DNA of 53,311 bases from an uncultured Deinococcales bacterium (GCA_964244895.1 CAXTKV010000007.1:1-53311); one strand, 5' to 3'. Shown: positions 19,809-30,889, counted from the stretch's first letter. The notes: generated from the sequence alone by a model not told the origin. Translations and numbers: made by a program.

Positions 19809-19994
19809 GGATGTAGGTTCAATTTACGAAGTTTCGCATTACAGTTTTCTTTCGGGGAGGCGATGGCGTCCACTCGGTGCTCGAGCGAGACCACATTCGG
19901 TACTCGAGCGAGACCAGGCGGGGCGGCTCGAGGCCAGGTTCGTGCGGGTGCGCTCCGGAGGAACTGCGCCATTCTCAGGTCGTAGACTCTGGGC

Positions 19995-20717
19995 GTGGTC
20001 ACGACGAGGTTGATCAAAAATCCCGAAGATCCAGCGATTCCGGCTTTCGGACTGGTGCAGGACGCCAGCTACCCGGAACCAGAGAACCTGATCCCGGCCA
20101 GCATGCTGCCGAAATTGATCACCTGGAGCGACGAGTCCCGAAAAAATTTCGTGCTGGTCGCGGAAGATGACGCCGTTGTCGTCGGCGGCTGCGTGTTTCA
20201 CTTTTTGCGTGAGCCCGACACGGGCTTCTCGAGCTTCATGGCGGTCGCGCGAGCCGCGCGGGGTCGGGGCATCGCGCGGATGCTGCACGAAGCCAGATTT
20301 CGCGTCCTGGATGACGCCGCGAGGGCAACGAACGGGCGGGATGTGCATGGCGTTTTCATCGACGTGCTGAACCCGAAGCGCTTGAGCCCGCACGAGTTCG
20401 GGCTGGAGCAATCCGTGGGTTCCGATCCGTTCGTGCGGCGCAAGGTGTTTGCGGCTTTCGGCTTCAAACGCGTGAACCTCGACTATCAGCAACCCTTTGG
20501 CGGGGCGAACGGTGGGCCAGTCACGAACCTGGATTTGCTCTATTGTCCGCATCCGGGCGTCGATGCCCAGACCGTGCCGCTCGAGACGATCTTGGGAACC
20601 CTGCGCGCGTACTGGTCAGCGTGGTTGGGCGAATCCCGCACGGCCAAGGCGCTCGAGCGTCTGCGCGGGCTCGCATCGGGCGCGGACGTTTTGCTGGTGG
20701 ACGCGACGGTAGATTGA
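19995..20717 (+). CDS. GNAT family N-acetyltransferase
   Basis: MAVARAARGRGIARML acetyl-CoA motif; TAGACT 6 nt before GTG. Confidence 0.8.
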   Translation: MVTTRLIKNPEDPAIPAFGLVQDASYPEPENLIPASMLPKLITWSDESRKNFVLVAEDDAVVVGGCVFHFLREPDTGFSSFMAVARAARGRGIARMLHEARFRVLDDAARATNGRDVHGVFIDVLNPKRLSPHEFGLEQSVGSDPFVRRKVFAAFGFKRVNLDYQQPFGGANGGPVTNLDLLYCPHPGVDAQTVPLETILGTLRAYWSAWLGESRTAKALERLRGLASGADVLLVDATVD

Positions 20718-21592
20718 TGCGCGTGAACCCACGAATCCTGTCGCTCGCGCTGGTGCTGGCCGTGTTCTCGAGCGTCTTCGCGCAACCCAATCCGGGTGCG
20801 CACGAGGAGCAGATCGCGTACCGATCCGGCGCGTTGAGTATCAAGGCGCGCGTCTTCTGGCCCGCCGGGACGGGACCTTTCCCGGCGATCGTCTTCAACC
20901 ACGGCGGCGTCAGCGGCATCTCGAGGGGAACGATTCAGCGCTGCCGCGAACTGGCGCTGGCAGGTTTCGCGGTCTTCGCCTCGAGCTACCGGGGTGAGGA
21001 CGGCTCGGACGGGCAAATCGAGATCGCCAAAGGCGAGGTCGATGACGCGCTGGCGGGGTTGGCCTGGATGCGAGCCAACCCGATGGTGGACGCCTCCAGG
21101 ATCGCGGTCGGCGGTTCCAGCCACGGCGCAGAAATATCCTTGCTGGCCGCATCACGGACGGACCAGTTCCGCGCGATGGTCTTCATGTACGGCGTCAGCG
21201 ACCTGTACGCCTGGTACGCCTACCTGGTGCGCACCAACCAGCTCGGACGCGATCAGCTGACGCGCCAGACCTACGGCGACGGCCCGCAGGATCGTCCGAC
21301 GAGCTTCGAGATCAGGAACGGTCTGAGCGCACTGGAAAAACTACCCGCCACCATGCCGACGCTGATCTTGCAGGGCGGTGCCGACACGACCGTACCGCCC
21401 GAGCAGGCCGTGTTCCTGCGGGATGGCCTGCTGCGCTTGGGCCGGCCCGTCAGCTTGCGGCTGTACCCCGTAAGCCCGCACGGCTTTTTCAACAACCGCG
21501 AGACGGAACTGCGCGCCAGCAAGCTCCGGGGGCGGGCTTCGATCGATGCCTTCGACGCGACGGTCGCGTTCCTCAGGCGAAACCTGCGATAA
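20717..21592 (+). CDS. Secreted alpha/beta hydrolase (S9 peptidase-like)
   Basis: NHGG, GSSHG nucleophile elbow, GGADTTVP, HGF; signal peptide; TGATG coupling to the GNAT gene. Confidence 0.85.
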   Translation: MRVNPRILSLALVLAVFSSVFAQPNPGAHEEQIAYRSGALSIKARVFWPAGTGPFPAIVFNHGGVSGISRGTIQRCRELALAGFAVFASSYRGEDGSDGQIEIAKGEVDDALAGLAWMRANPMVDASRIAVGGSSHGAEISLLAASRTDQFRAMVFMYGVSDLYAWYAYLVRTNQLGRDQLTRQTYGDGPQDRPTSFEIRNGLSALEKLPATMPTLILQGGADTTVPPEQAVFLRDGLLRLGRPVSLRLYPVSPHGFFNNRETELRASKLRGRASIDAFDATVAFLRRNLR

Positions 21593-21646
21593 GACCGTCC
21601 GGCACACGTTTTCTCGAGAGGTGAAAAGTGCGTCCTGGACGGTCTT
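21591..21646. repeat. Dispersed palindrome family A copy
   Basis: AAGACCGTCCGGCAC...GCGTCCTGGACGGTCTT. Confidence 0.9.
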
Positions 21647-21651
21647 CGGGT

Positions 21652-22140
21652 TCAGTCCGGCGTCCAGAAATGCTCGTGCGCGACCTGGGCTTCGGTCTCG
21701 AGGGCGGGGCCGATCACCTCGATGGCGCGTTGACCCCGAGCAAAGACATCGCGGCACGGCAGGCGCATGGTCGGATTCTCGGGGTTATCACCCGTCAGGA
21801 CGTACAGGTGCTCCTCCGAGAGCGCGTACACGACTCGGCTGACGCCGCCCCAGTAGATCGCGCCCGCGCACATGGCGCACGGTTCCGCGCTCGAATAGAG
21901 CGTGGCGCGCCGAAGCGTCTCGCGCGGGAAGGTCTGAGAGGCGGCGCGCATCAGGTTGGTCTCGGCGTGCCCGGTGCAATCGTTGGTCGTTCCGACCGTG
22001 TTTTCAGCTTCCAGCACGATCTTGCCGTCCACCACCAGCACCGCACCGAACGGGTGGTTGCCGTTCCAGCGGGAACGCTGCGAGACTTCAATGGCGCGGC
22101 GCAGGAAATTCAGGTCGAGCTGCGGGTCGGGATCGTTCAC
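21652..22140 (-). CDS. Nucleoside/guanine deaminase family protein
   Basis: GNHPFGAV, HAE, EPCAMC Zn motif; start placed at GTG 22140. Confidence 0.9.
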   Translation of the reverse strand: MNDPDPQLDLNFLRRAIEVSQRSRWNGNHPFGAVLVVDGKIVLEAENTVGTTNDCTGHAETNLMRAASQTFPRETLRRATLYSSAEPCAMCAGAIYWGGVSRVVYALSEEHLYVLTGDNPENPTMRLPCRDVFARGQRAIEVIGPALETEAQVAHEHFWTPD

Positions 22141-22177
22141 GACGGCATTCTGGCACGCTGGCGTGAGATGATGAAAC

Positions 22178-23323
22178 ATGCTCCCGGAGCTCAGTCGGAC
22201 CGAGGCCAGGCGCGCGATGCTTGCCGAGGCCGCGCTCGAGATCGGTTTCGACGCGGTCGGCTGGGCCGGTGCGCGCGTGCCACAGATTGAACTCGAGACC
22301 TTCCGGTCGTGGATCGATGCCGGAATGCAGGCGGGCATGGATTACCTGCCGCGCAGTATCGACCGGCGCTCCGACCTGCAAAGCAGCTTCGCGCCCACCC
22401 AAAGCGCGCTGGCGCTGATGGTCAGCCACAACCACCCCGATCCGGGCGCACCGCGCGATGGCGTACACCTCGGGCGGGTGGCGCGCTACGCCTGGAGCCG
22501 CGATTACCACGCGAGTCTCAGACCGCACCTCGAGAAACTCGAGGCCGCCGCATCACGGATCGGGGTGCGGACGAAAGCCTACGTGGATCACGGCCCGATC
22601 TTTGAGCGCGGGCTGGCGGTGCGCGCCGGGCTGGGCTGGCGCGGTCGATCCAGTCAGGTCATCAGCACCAGATTGGGCGCGCTGACCACGCTGGCGGTGC
22701 TGCTGACGGATCTCGAACCTCCGCAAGAATTGAGCCATCCCGATCGGTGCGGGCGATGCACCGCCTGCGTCAACGCCTGCCCGACGGACGCGATCACCCC
22801 GGAACGACTCGTGGACTCGCAGCGTTGCATCGCGTACTACACGGTCGAGCATCGCGGCCCGATCCCGCTCGAGCTGCGCGCAAAATTCACCGATCACCTC
22901 TTCGGCTGCGACGATTGCCTGGACATCTGCCCGTGGACGACCCACGCCGGACGATTTTCGGGCCTGCTCGAACCGGAACCCGAGCTGGCGCACCCGGACA
23001 TCAGCCAGTTCTTCGCGCTCTCGAGCCACCAGTTTGAACGGCGCTTCGAGACGACCGCCTTCTCGAGGGCGCGGCGCAAGGGCATGGCCCGCAACGCCGC
23101 CATCGTGATCGGCAACCTGCGCGACCCAGCGCACCTCGATCTGCTCGAGATCGGCCTGACTGACGCGGGCTGGGAGGTGCGCGAGGCGTGCGCCTGGGCT
23201 CTGGGCAGGCACCTCGCTGATGCCGTCGCGCAGAAGGTGCTGGAACGTGCCCTGCACGACCCGGATCAGCGCGTCACCGAAACAGCCCGCTCGGGGCTCG
23301 AGGGCGCATTTCGGGCGACCTGA
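22178..23323 (+). CDS. queG: Epoxyqueuosine reductase
   Basis: RYAWSRDYH, CGRCTACVNACPT, GCDDCLDICPW, C-terminal HEAT repeat. Confidence 0.95.
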   Translation: MLPELSRTEARRAMLAEAALEIGFDAVGWAGARVPQIELETFRSWIDAGMQAGMDYLPRSIDRRSDLQSSFAPTQSALALMVSHNHPDPGAPRDGVHLGRVARYAWSRDYHASLRPHLEKLEAAASRIGVRTKAYVDHGPIFERGLAVRAGLGWRGRSSQVISTRLGALTTLAVLLTDLEPPQELSHPDRCGRCTACVNACPTDAITPERLVDSQRCIAYYTVEHRGPIPLELRAKFTDHLFGCDDCLDICPWTTHAGRFSGLLEPEPELAHPDISQFFALSSHQFERRFETTAFSRARRKGMARNAAIVIGNLRDPAHLDLLEIGLTDAGWEVREACAWALGRHLADAVAQKVLERALHDPDQRVTETARSGLEGAFRAT

Positions 23324-23370
23324 AGCCATCCGGGAGCCCTTTTCCTCGCGCCAGACGGTTCAGAAATAGA

Positions 23371-23393
23371 AAACACCGTCCTGGACGGTGTTT
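23371..23393. repeat. Dispersed palindrome family A, collapsed copy
   Basis: AAACACCGTCC-T-GGACGGTGTTT. Confidence 0.9.
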
Positions 23394-23517
23394 ATGCACC
23401 AATGCTGGCTTTGCACCTGCTTCGAATGTGAAGCCGCCGAGCGCCACACCGATAATTTCGCCGTTAGAATGAAGGTGAGACGGGCTACAGGCTCGAACGA
23501 CCGGGGGGACAACGCGC

Positions 23518-24600
23518 ATGTGGCGATTGATGGTGTTTGCAGTGTTTCTGGTGGCGGCTGCCATCGGGTATTTCACGGGCCTGACCACGGCCCAGACCAA
23601 GCTCGTCACTCCAGACGAGATCAACTCCGTCGAGATCGTCAACCGATCCCGGCGCGCCGTCGTGACCGTCTTCGCCAAGATCGCGCCCGAAGCGCGGCAA
23701 CCCGGCGAACCCGAAGACGTGATTTCATCCGGGTTCTTTTACAAATCCAACCTGATCGTCACCAACTACCACGCCATCGCGGACAATCCGGTGGCGGTCA
23801 GCGTGCAACTTTTCGACGGGCGGCGCGTGCCCGCCACGATCGAAGCCATCGATCAGGGCATCGACATCGCGCTTTTGAAGGTGTCCGGCGTGACCGCCCC
23901 AACGACCCTCAAATTTGGCAACTCCAAAGATGTCGCGCCCGGCCAGAAACTGATCGTGCTCGGCTCGCCGTCCGGCAAGCCCAACAGCGTCGCGGTCGGC
24001 GTGGCCAGTTCGTACAACCGCATCACGGAATTCAACGACGATATCGGCGTCGAAATCCCGGAGATGCTCCTGATGGACGTGAACATTCAGCTCGGCAACT
24101 CCGGCGGCCCGGTGATGGACTCTCGAGGCAACGTGGTCAGCGTGGTGGACGCCAACCTGACCAACGCGGTCGCGGCGGGCGGCGTGATCGGGCTGGCGAT
24201 CCCATCGAACCTGGTCGGTGAAAGCCTGTCCGATCTGGAAAAATTTGGTGTGTCCCAGCGCGGTCAGTTGGGCGCGAGCCTGAAGGACCTGACGGAGCTC
24301 GAGCCGATCACCCTGAAACTGGCCGGTTTCAGCTCGTCCAACGGCGCGATGGTCGTCGAGATCGAACCCGGCGGCCCAGCCGCCAAAGCCGGAATCCGGG
24401 CCGCCAGCCTGAACCGCGACGGCAAGCTCGAGACCCTCGGCGATATCGTCATCAAGGTCGACAACACCGCCGTGCGCAACAAGTTCGATGTCGTTCAGGA
24501 GGTCGCCAGACGCCGCCCCGGTCAGAACGTGACGTTGACCGTCTGGCGCAACAAGCAACCCGTGCAGTTGAAGGTGCAGATCACTGCCCGGACGCGCTGA
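23518..24600 (+). CDS. HtrA/DegP-like serine protease with PDZ domain
   Basis: TNYH, DIALLKV, GNSGGP triad; PDZ with GGPAAKAGI..GDIVIKVD. Confidence 0.92.
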   Translation: MWRLMVFAVFLVAAAIGYFTGLTTAQTKLVTPDEINSVEIVNRSRRAVVTVFAKIAPEARQPGEPEDVISSGFFYKSNLIVTNYHAIADNPVAVSVQLFDGRRVPATIEAIDQGIDIALLKVSGVTAPTTLKFGNSKDVAPGQKLIVLGSPSGKPNSVAVGVASSYNRITEFNDDIGVEIPEMLLMDVNIQLGNSGGPVMDSRGNVVSVVDANLTNAVAAGGVIGLAIPSNLVGESLSDLEKFGVSQRGQLGASLKDLTELEPITLKLAGFSSSNGAMVVEIEPGGPAAKAGIRAASLNRDGKLETLGDIVIKVDNTAVRNKFDVVQEVARRRPGQNVTLTVWRNKQPVQLKVQITARTR

Positions 24601-24603
24601 GAA

Positions 24604-24647
24604 AACACCGTCCAGCACGCATTTCAGGATTCGCGTGCTGGACGGTG
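24604..24647. repeat. Dispersed palindrome family A copy
   Basis: AACACCGTCCAGCACGC...GCGTGCTGGACGGTG. Confidence 0.95.
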
Positions 24648-24847
24648 CCGCTGCCCTGTTGGCGTTTTTTTCGCGCTGCAAACCCGATCTCGAGGCAACC
24701 TTACATCGCTTCGGTGATCATGAGCTTCCCACGAAGTGAAGTACAGCCTTCGACTCCAACGGCTGAGGGCGCATCTAGCACGACCTCCAACGACACCGTG
24801 TGAAGGCGGGGCAAAGAAACTCATCCTCGAGAAGCTAGAATCCGTGC

Positions 24848-25744
24848 ATGATTGCCCGGTTTCCTCGAGCCTTCGCGTGCGGCGCGCTCGTCCTGACGCT
24901 CGGTTCGTGCAACACGAACACGCAGTCGGGCGGGCAGGTCTTGCAATTCTTGACCACCAGCCTGCCGCCCGCCTACGTCGGAGAGTCCTACCAGCAGAAC
25001 ATCCAGCTCTCGAGCGGCACGCGCCCGTACACGCTCAAACGCGCCAAGGGCGAACTCCCGGCGGGGCTGGTGCTCTCCGGCTATTCGCTGTCCGGCACGC
25101 CGCTGGGCAAGGTGGATCAGCCCAAAACCTACACCTTTTCCCTGGAGGCGACCGACGCGAACCTGGCCAACAAAGTCCAGGAGTTCATGCTGACGCTCAA
25201 CCCTGAGCGCCCCAGCAGCCTCGAGTGGACGCTGCCCGGCACCAGCGTTCAGGGTGAGCAGCGCATTCCGGTGACCATGAAATCGCCGCGCCTGGTGCGT
25301 TCTTACCGCGTCACCATCCCGTTTCCGAAGGGCGCGAGCCTCCTCAGGCTCGAACCCGCCGAGGGCAAACCGATCCTTTTTTCCAAGCTCGAAGCTGACG
25401 TGCTGACGATCCACGGCGGTCTGACCGAACCGATCCAGACGATGAAGTCAGTGACGGCCTTCTACCTGGTGATCAACCTGCCGACCAGCACCAAGATCGA
25501 GGGCAAGATCGGCTTCGAGGTGCGCTCCAACGGCAGGAGCGTGGCGGCGCAGGAAATGGCGACTGGAACCCCCAAACCCGCGCAGCCCGCACCCACCACA
25601 CCGAACCCGACCGCGCCCAACCCGCCGGATCCCACCGCTCCGCCACCAACCAGCCCGACGCCAACCAGCCCAAACCAACCCGGCCCGACGCCACCAGCGC
25701 CGCCCGCCTCTCCGCCACCGCCCGCGCCCGGAGGTGGATCGTGA
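24848..25744 (+). CDS. Lipoprotein with putative Ig domain, beta-sandwich domain and Pro-rich tail
   Basis: Lipobox LGSC; TTSLPPAYVGESY...SGTRPY...GELPAGLVL...LSGTP (He_PIG-like); TAGAAT 6 nt upstream. Confidence 0.8.
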   Translation: MIARFPRAFACGALVLTLGSCNTNTQSGGQVLQFLTTSLPPAYVGESYQQNIQLSSGTRPYTLKRAKGELPAGLVLSGYSLSGTPLGKVDQPKTYTFSLEATDANLANKVQEFMLTLNPERPSSLEWTLPGTSVQGEQRIPVTMKSPRLVRSYRVTIPFPKGASLLRLEPAEGKPILFSKLEADVLTIHGGLTEPIQTMKSVTAFYLVINLPTSTKIEGKIGFEVRSNGRSVAAQEMATGTPKPAQPAPTTPNPTAPNPPDPTAPPPTSPTPTSPNQPGPTPPAPPASPPPPAPGGGS

Positions 25745-26244
25745 AAGCGCACGCCCTGATCCTGACGCTGGCCTGCGCCATCGGGACGGCCTTCGCGACC
25801 GTCTACACGAAACTGAGCCTCGAGCAGCAGATCGAAAAGGCCGAGGTGATCGTCCACACCGCCATCAAATCCGTGAGCGCCGAGACGCGCGCGGGCAAAC
25901 CGTGGGTGGTCTACGCGCTCGACCCGAAACGCTTCGTGCTGGGCGTAGCCACCGACCTGCCGCAGACGGCGGGCGCACCGAGCTTCGCGGTGTACGGCAG
26001 CGCCACCGTCCGGCTCGAGGGCGCACCGAGCTTCAAGGTCGGTGACGAGGTCGTCTTGATGCTCTACAAGAGCGCCTACGATTCGCCCGTGGTGGGCTTC
26101 CGCCAGGGCGCGTACCGGATCGTGGACGGCAAGGTGCAGACCCTGGACGGCAAGCCCGTGGTGCTGACGATCGAGGGCAAAACGCTCGAGGTCACGCGAG
26201 AACAATTCCTGGCTCGCGTGGATCAGATCGCGAAGGCCAGATGA
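25741..26244 (+). CDS. Secreted hypothetical protein
   Basis: Signal peptide AFA-T; LSLEQQIEKAEVIV...GAPSFKVGDEVVLML...VVGFRQGAYRI; 4-nt overlaps with both neighbours. Confidence 0.8.
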   Translation: MKAHALILTLACAIGTAFATVYTKLSLEQQIEKAEVIVHTAIKSVSAETRAGKPWVVYALDPKRFVLGVATDLPQTAGAPSFAVYGSATVRLEGAPSFKVGDEVVLMLYKSAYDSPVVGFRQGAYRIVDGKVQTLDGKPVVLTIEGKTLEVTREQFLARVDQIAKAR

Positions 26245-27065
26245 AACGCTCCGGTTTGATTCCCGCGCTCGTCCTCGGGGCGGGCGTCGCGTTGGCCGCG
26301 CCCTTCGCGTACCGGGTCGCGGTCAGCGAAGGCATGCCGTCGGGCTTTCCCGGACAGGTGGATCGGGCTTTCAAGCAGTGGGGCGACGTGCAAGCCACCA
26401 CGCTGAAAATCCAGAAGCTCGACAACGCCGACGTGAGCTTCAACTGGGGCAACGACGGCGTGGTATTCAACCCGGATGCCGCCACGCGCACCGTCATCAC
26501 CGACGGCGCGGCCTCGGGTGCAGCGCCAAAGATAGAGGTTCGATTCAACCCGAATTCGCCGCTCGACCGCGATAGCGCGCTGTTTGTCGAAGCCGGATTG
26601 CGCCTGGGTGTGGACATCGACCCCGCCGTGGATGGCAAACGCGCCCTGACGGAAACCGATGCCAGGGCGCTGCGCGCCCGCTACAGCCCGGACGGCGACC
26701 TGAACGGCGACGGGCGAATCGACATCGACGACCTGGAACTGATGGCCGCGAATTTTGGCAAGCGCGCTGCGGCGGGCTCGAGCGTGCTGGGCGACCTGAA
26801 CGGCGACGGCGCGGTGGACGACAAGGATCTGGAAATCCTGAAGAAGAACTACAGCTTCGCCGCCCCGCCATCGCCCGCCGCGCCAGCCAGCCCAACGAAT
26901 CCGCCCGCCAACCCGAGTGCGCCCAAGACGCCGCCCGCGCCGCCTTCGCCTCCGGGCTCCACACCTCCGACCAGTCCTGCCCCGCCCGCAAATCCCACGC
27001 CACCGGCCAGCCCTACTCCTCCGGCACCGCCGAGCCCGCCGCCAGCATCACCGCCCGGTGGTTGA
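26241..27065 (+). CDS. Secreted dockerin type I-like domain protein with Pro-rich tail
   Basis: Two GDLNGDG.(I/V)D..DL repeats followed by helices; signal peptide. Confidence 0.8.
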   Translation: MKRSGLIPALVLGAGVALAAPFAYRVAVSEGMPSGFPGQVDRAFKQWGDVQATTLKIQKLDNADVSFNWGNDGVVFNPDAATRTVITDGAASGAAPKIEVRFNPNSPLDRDSALFVEAGLRLGVDIDPAVDGKRALTETDARALRARYSPDGDLNGDGRIDIDDLELMAANFGKRAAAGSSVLGDLNGDGAVDDKDLEILKKNYSFAAPPSPAAPASPTNPPANPSAPKTPPAPPSPPGSTPPTSPAPPANPTPPASPTPPAPPSPPPASPPGG

Positions 27066-27084
27066 ACCTCGAGAGACCCAGTAC

Positions 27085-27113
27085 AAAGGGACGCATTTTG
27101 TGCGTCCCTTTTT
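27085..27113 (+). terminator. Rho-independent terminator
   Basis: AAAGGGACGCA-TTTTG-TGCGTCCCTTTTT. Confidence 0.88.
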
Positions 27114-27396
27114 GTTGCTTGCGCCCGATCTCGAGACGCCGTTCAGGATTGATCACTCGCGGGAATTCAGCGCACCAGACGCATCTTCGTGTCTCAGGCG
27201 GTTCCTCGAGACATCGGGCCTCTTGCGAACATCCGTCTCGAGAACGAGTTGGCGCGAGGGCAACCGTCAAGTTTGCCCGTACAGGACAGCGTTTTGCAGG
27301 CGTAGGTCTGTGACTTACCCTTTCCTCGGGGCGAGTTTGATCACGCTCGCAGGAGGTTTAGGGTCTGGTTGGTCAAATCAACGAGCAAACCGATGC

Positions 27397-27801
27397 TTAA
27401 CGAATCCCCGTGTCGTACTGAACGCTCACCTGGGTCGTCACGCCATCCGCGAGCGCCACGGTCTGCACCGAGGCCCTGGGCAGCGCCACACCGCCCGGTG
27501 TCTGAGGAACGAGCGTGTACGATCCCGGTTTTGCTGCAACAGAAAAATGTCCGGCAGCGTCCGATGCGAAGCGCACGATGGTTTGACCCGAACCATCGCG
27601 CAGGCTGAGCGGCGCGATGTAGGGCTTGTCGGCGCAAGCCGGATCGTTGTCCCTGATGACCGGGCAGGTCGGGCCGAGCGTGACCGTGCCTTCCAGCGTG
27701 GCGGTCAGGCCGAAGTCCTTCGACGATGGGATGTTCTGCACCGGGCAGGCCACCAGCCAGACCGCGACCAGCCCGAGCGAAACTATTCGGAGCGCGTTCA
27801 T
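27397..27801 (-). CDS. Lipoprotein, carboxypeptidase-regulatory-like fold
   Basis: Lipobox LVAC; GTVTLGPTCPV...CADKP...SDAAGHF...PGSYTL...YDTGIR. Confidence 0.8.
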   Translation of the reverse strand: MNALRIVSLGLVAVWLVACPVQNIPSSKDFGLTATLEGTVTLGPTCPVIRDNDPACADKPYIAPLSLRDGSGQTIVRFASDAAGHFSVAAKPGSYTLVPQTPGGVALPRASVQTVALADGVTTQVSVQYDTGIR

Positions 27802-27851
27802 ATTTTGAAGTCTACGCGACCTCGTGAGAAGGGCTCGAGTTTAACCAGCGG

Positions 27852-27895
27852 CACCGTCCAGCGCACGGATTCAAGAACGCGTGCTGGACGGTGTT
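27852..27895. repeat. Dispersed palindrome family A copy
   Basis: CACCGTCCAGCGCAC...GCGTGCTGGACGGTGTT. Confidence 0.9.
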
Positions 27896-27915
27896 CTTTG
27901 GTCAATCCTCGAGAA

Positions 27916-29377
<1,462 letters not shown>

Positions 29378-29504
29378 GCAGCGGAGTCTAGCAGGAACGC
29401 GGTCACGACGGCTCTAGAAATCTGGGGCGCTGCGACTCATCTGGCCCGCGTCACGTCACGGAAGACGTTCCAGCCCCCTCGCCAATTTACAGGGAAATGA
29501 CCAG

Positions 29505-29551
29505 AACACCGTCCTGAGCGCGATTCTCAGGGGTGCGTGCTGGACGATGTT
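29505..29551. repeat. Dispersed palindrome family A copy
   Basis: AACACCGTCCTGAGCGC...GCGTGCTGGACGATGTT. Confidence 0.85.
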
Positions 29552-29840
29552 ATTCGACGATGCGAGGAACCTTAAAGAAGCCATCCTCGGCGTCTACGGC
29601 CACGCTCATGGCCTCGAGTTGGGTGAAGCCGGGTTGCGCGATGTCCTCGCGCATGATGTTGGTCAACGGCACGGGGCGGGGCATCTCGGGCAGTCCGTCC
29701 AGGTCGAGCTTCTGGAGGGCTTCGAAGGATTCCAGGATCTTGTTGATGTCGCGCTTGGCGCGTTCGGTTTCAACCGCGTCCATTTCCAGGCGCGCGAGTT
29801 TCTTGAGGTGCGCGATTTCGGCGTCGGTGATGGTGTCCAC
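29550..29840 (-). CDS. gatC: Asp/Glu-tRNA amidotransferase subunit C
   Basis: ITDAEIAHLKKLARL, NIMRED, DGFFKVPRIVE. Confidence 0.95.
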   Translation of the reverse strand: MDTITDAEIAHLKKLARLEMDAVETERAKRDINKILESFEALQKLDLDGLPEMPRPVPLTNIMREDIAQPGFTQLEAMSVAVDAEDGFFKVPRIVE

Positions 29841-29850
29841 GCGTCCACTT

Positions 29851-29904
29851 TAACCGGTGATCGACCCGTCCTGACCGGTGATCGACCCGTCCTAACCGGT
29901 GATC
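29851..29904. repeat. 21-bp tandem repeat, about 2.6 copies
   Basis: Unit T(A/G)ACCGGTGATCGACCCGTCC. Confidence 0.9.
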
Positions 29905-30650
29905 AGCCTGGCGAGGGCGTACACGGCGGGAGCCAGAATCAGCGTCGGCAACAAAGACCCGACGCGGACGCGCTTGTCCTCGAACTCGAGACCAGCCAGC
30001 ATCAGGTTCACGGAAATACCCACGATCATCGCGCCCCCAGCGCCCGTCACCAGCAGCACGCGCGGGTCGGTCGCCGGATCGGGAATCAGCGACGCCAGCG
30101 AGCCCGCCAAGAGCGAGATGCCGCCCTGCAAGACCAGCACCACGAGTGCGCTCGCGCCCACGCCCAGGCCGTAGACGCTGGTCAGCGCGAGGGCCGCGAT
30201 CCCATCGAGCGCACTTTTGATGTAGAGCGCGCTGGCGTCGCCCTGAAGGCCGTTCTGGATCGAACCGATCAGCGTCAACGGCCCGACACAAAACAGCAAA
30301 CTGGCCGTGACGAAACCCTGGGTGAACGATCCGCTGCCGCGAAAGCGCGCCTTGAGCCAGTCGCCGAGTCGCTCGAGCCTGTCCTCGAGCCGGATCGTCT
30401 CGCCGACGACCGCGCCCAACGCGAGCGACACCAGCGCCAGGATCACGCCGGGAATCGGGCCAGCCCTGACCTGACCCAGATCGCCCGCCATGCCCAGCCC
30501 GATGCTCAAAACCACCAGGCTGAGGACTTGCAAAAGCGTTCGGTTGATGCGTTCGTTGATGCGGCCTGCGACCACCAGCCCGACGCCCGTGCCGAGCAGC
30601 ACAGCGACGACGTTGACGAGCGTGCCGGAAGTCTTAGAGATCAAGTCCAC
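29892..30650 (-). CDS. DUF554 family membrane protein
   Basis: GTLVNVVAVLLG, GFVTASLLFCVGPL, KSALDG; TAGAAT 8 nt before GTG 30650. Confidence 0.92.
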   Translation of the reverse strand: MDLISKTSGTLVNVVAVLLGTGVGLVVAGRINERINRTLLQVLSLVVLSIGLGMAGDLGQVRAGPIPGVILALVSLALGAVVGETIRLEDRLERLGDWLKARFRGSGSFTQGFVTASLLFCVGPLTLIGSIQNGLQGDASALYIKSALDGIAALALTSVYGLGVGASALVVLVLQGGISLLAGSLASLIPDPATDPRVLLVTGAGGAMIVGISVNLMLAGLEFEDKRVRVGSLLPTLILAPAVYALARLITG

Positions 30651-30693
30651 GAGCGCGGATTCTACCCCGGCTCGCGAAGCCTGAGTCGGTTTC

Positions 30694-30775
30694 AACACCG
30701 TCGTGGACGTTGATTTGACCGATTCAACCGCGCCAAATCTAAAAGCTGTCCAAAAAGATCGTCCTGGACGGTGTT
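30694..30775. repeat. Dispersed palindrome family A copy with long spacer
   Basis: AACACCGTCGTGGACG...CGTCCTGGACGGTGTT. Confidence 0.8.
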
Positions 30776-30889
30776 TTTACGCATCAAAATTTGTTGAATT
30801 TTCCTTTTATCTGATCTTGAGGCGCGCACCCGACACTGAAGCCCTAGGGAACGCGCCTCGAGTCAACGCGCCCAGCCGGGAGAACGACC

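Noticed and set aside
19809..19994. c-di-GMP riboswitch upstream of HD-GYP
   Set aside because: No GEMM-type consensus recognised
25560..25740. C-rich stretches (also 26860-27060) as non-coding repeats
   Set aside because: They encode the Pro-rich tails of the ORFs
27120..27390. Possible ncRNA or IS ends (recurring GAGAC/GTCTC)
   Set aside because: No convincing structure, terminal repeats or transposase; motifs overlap the generally abundant CTCGAG
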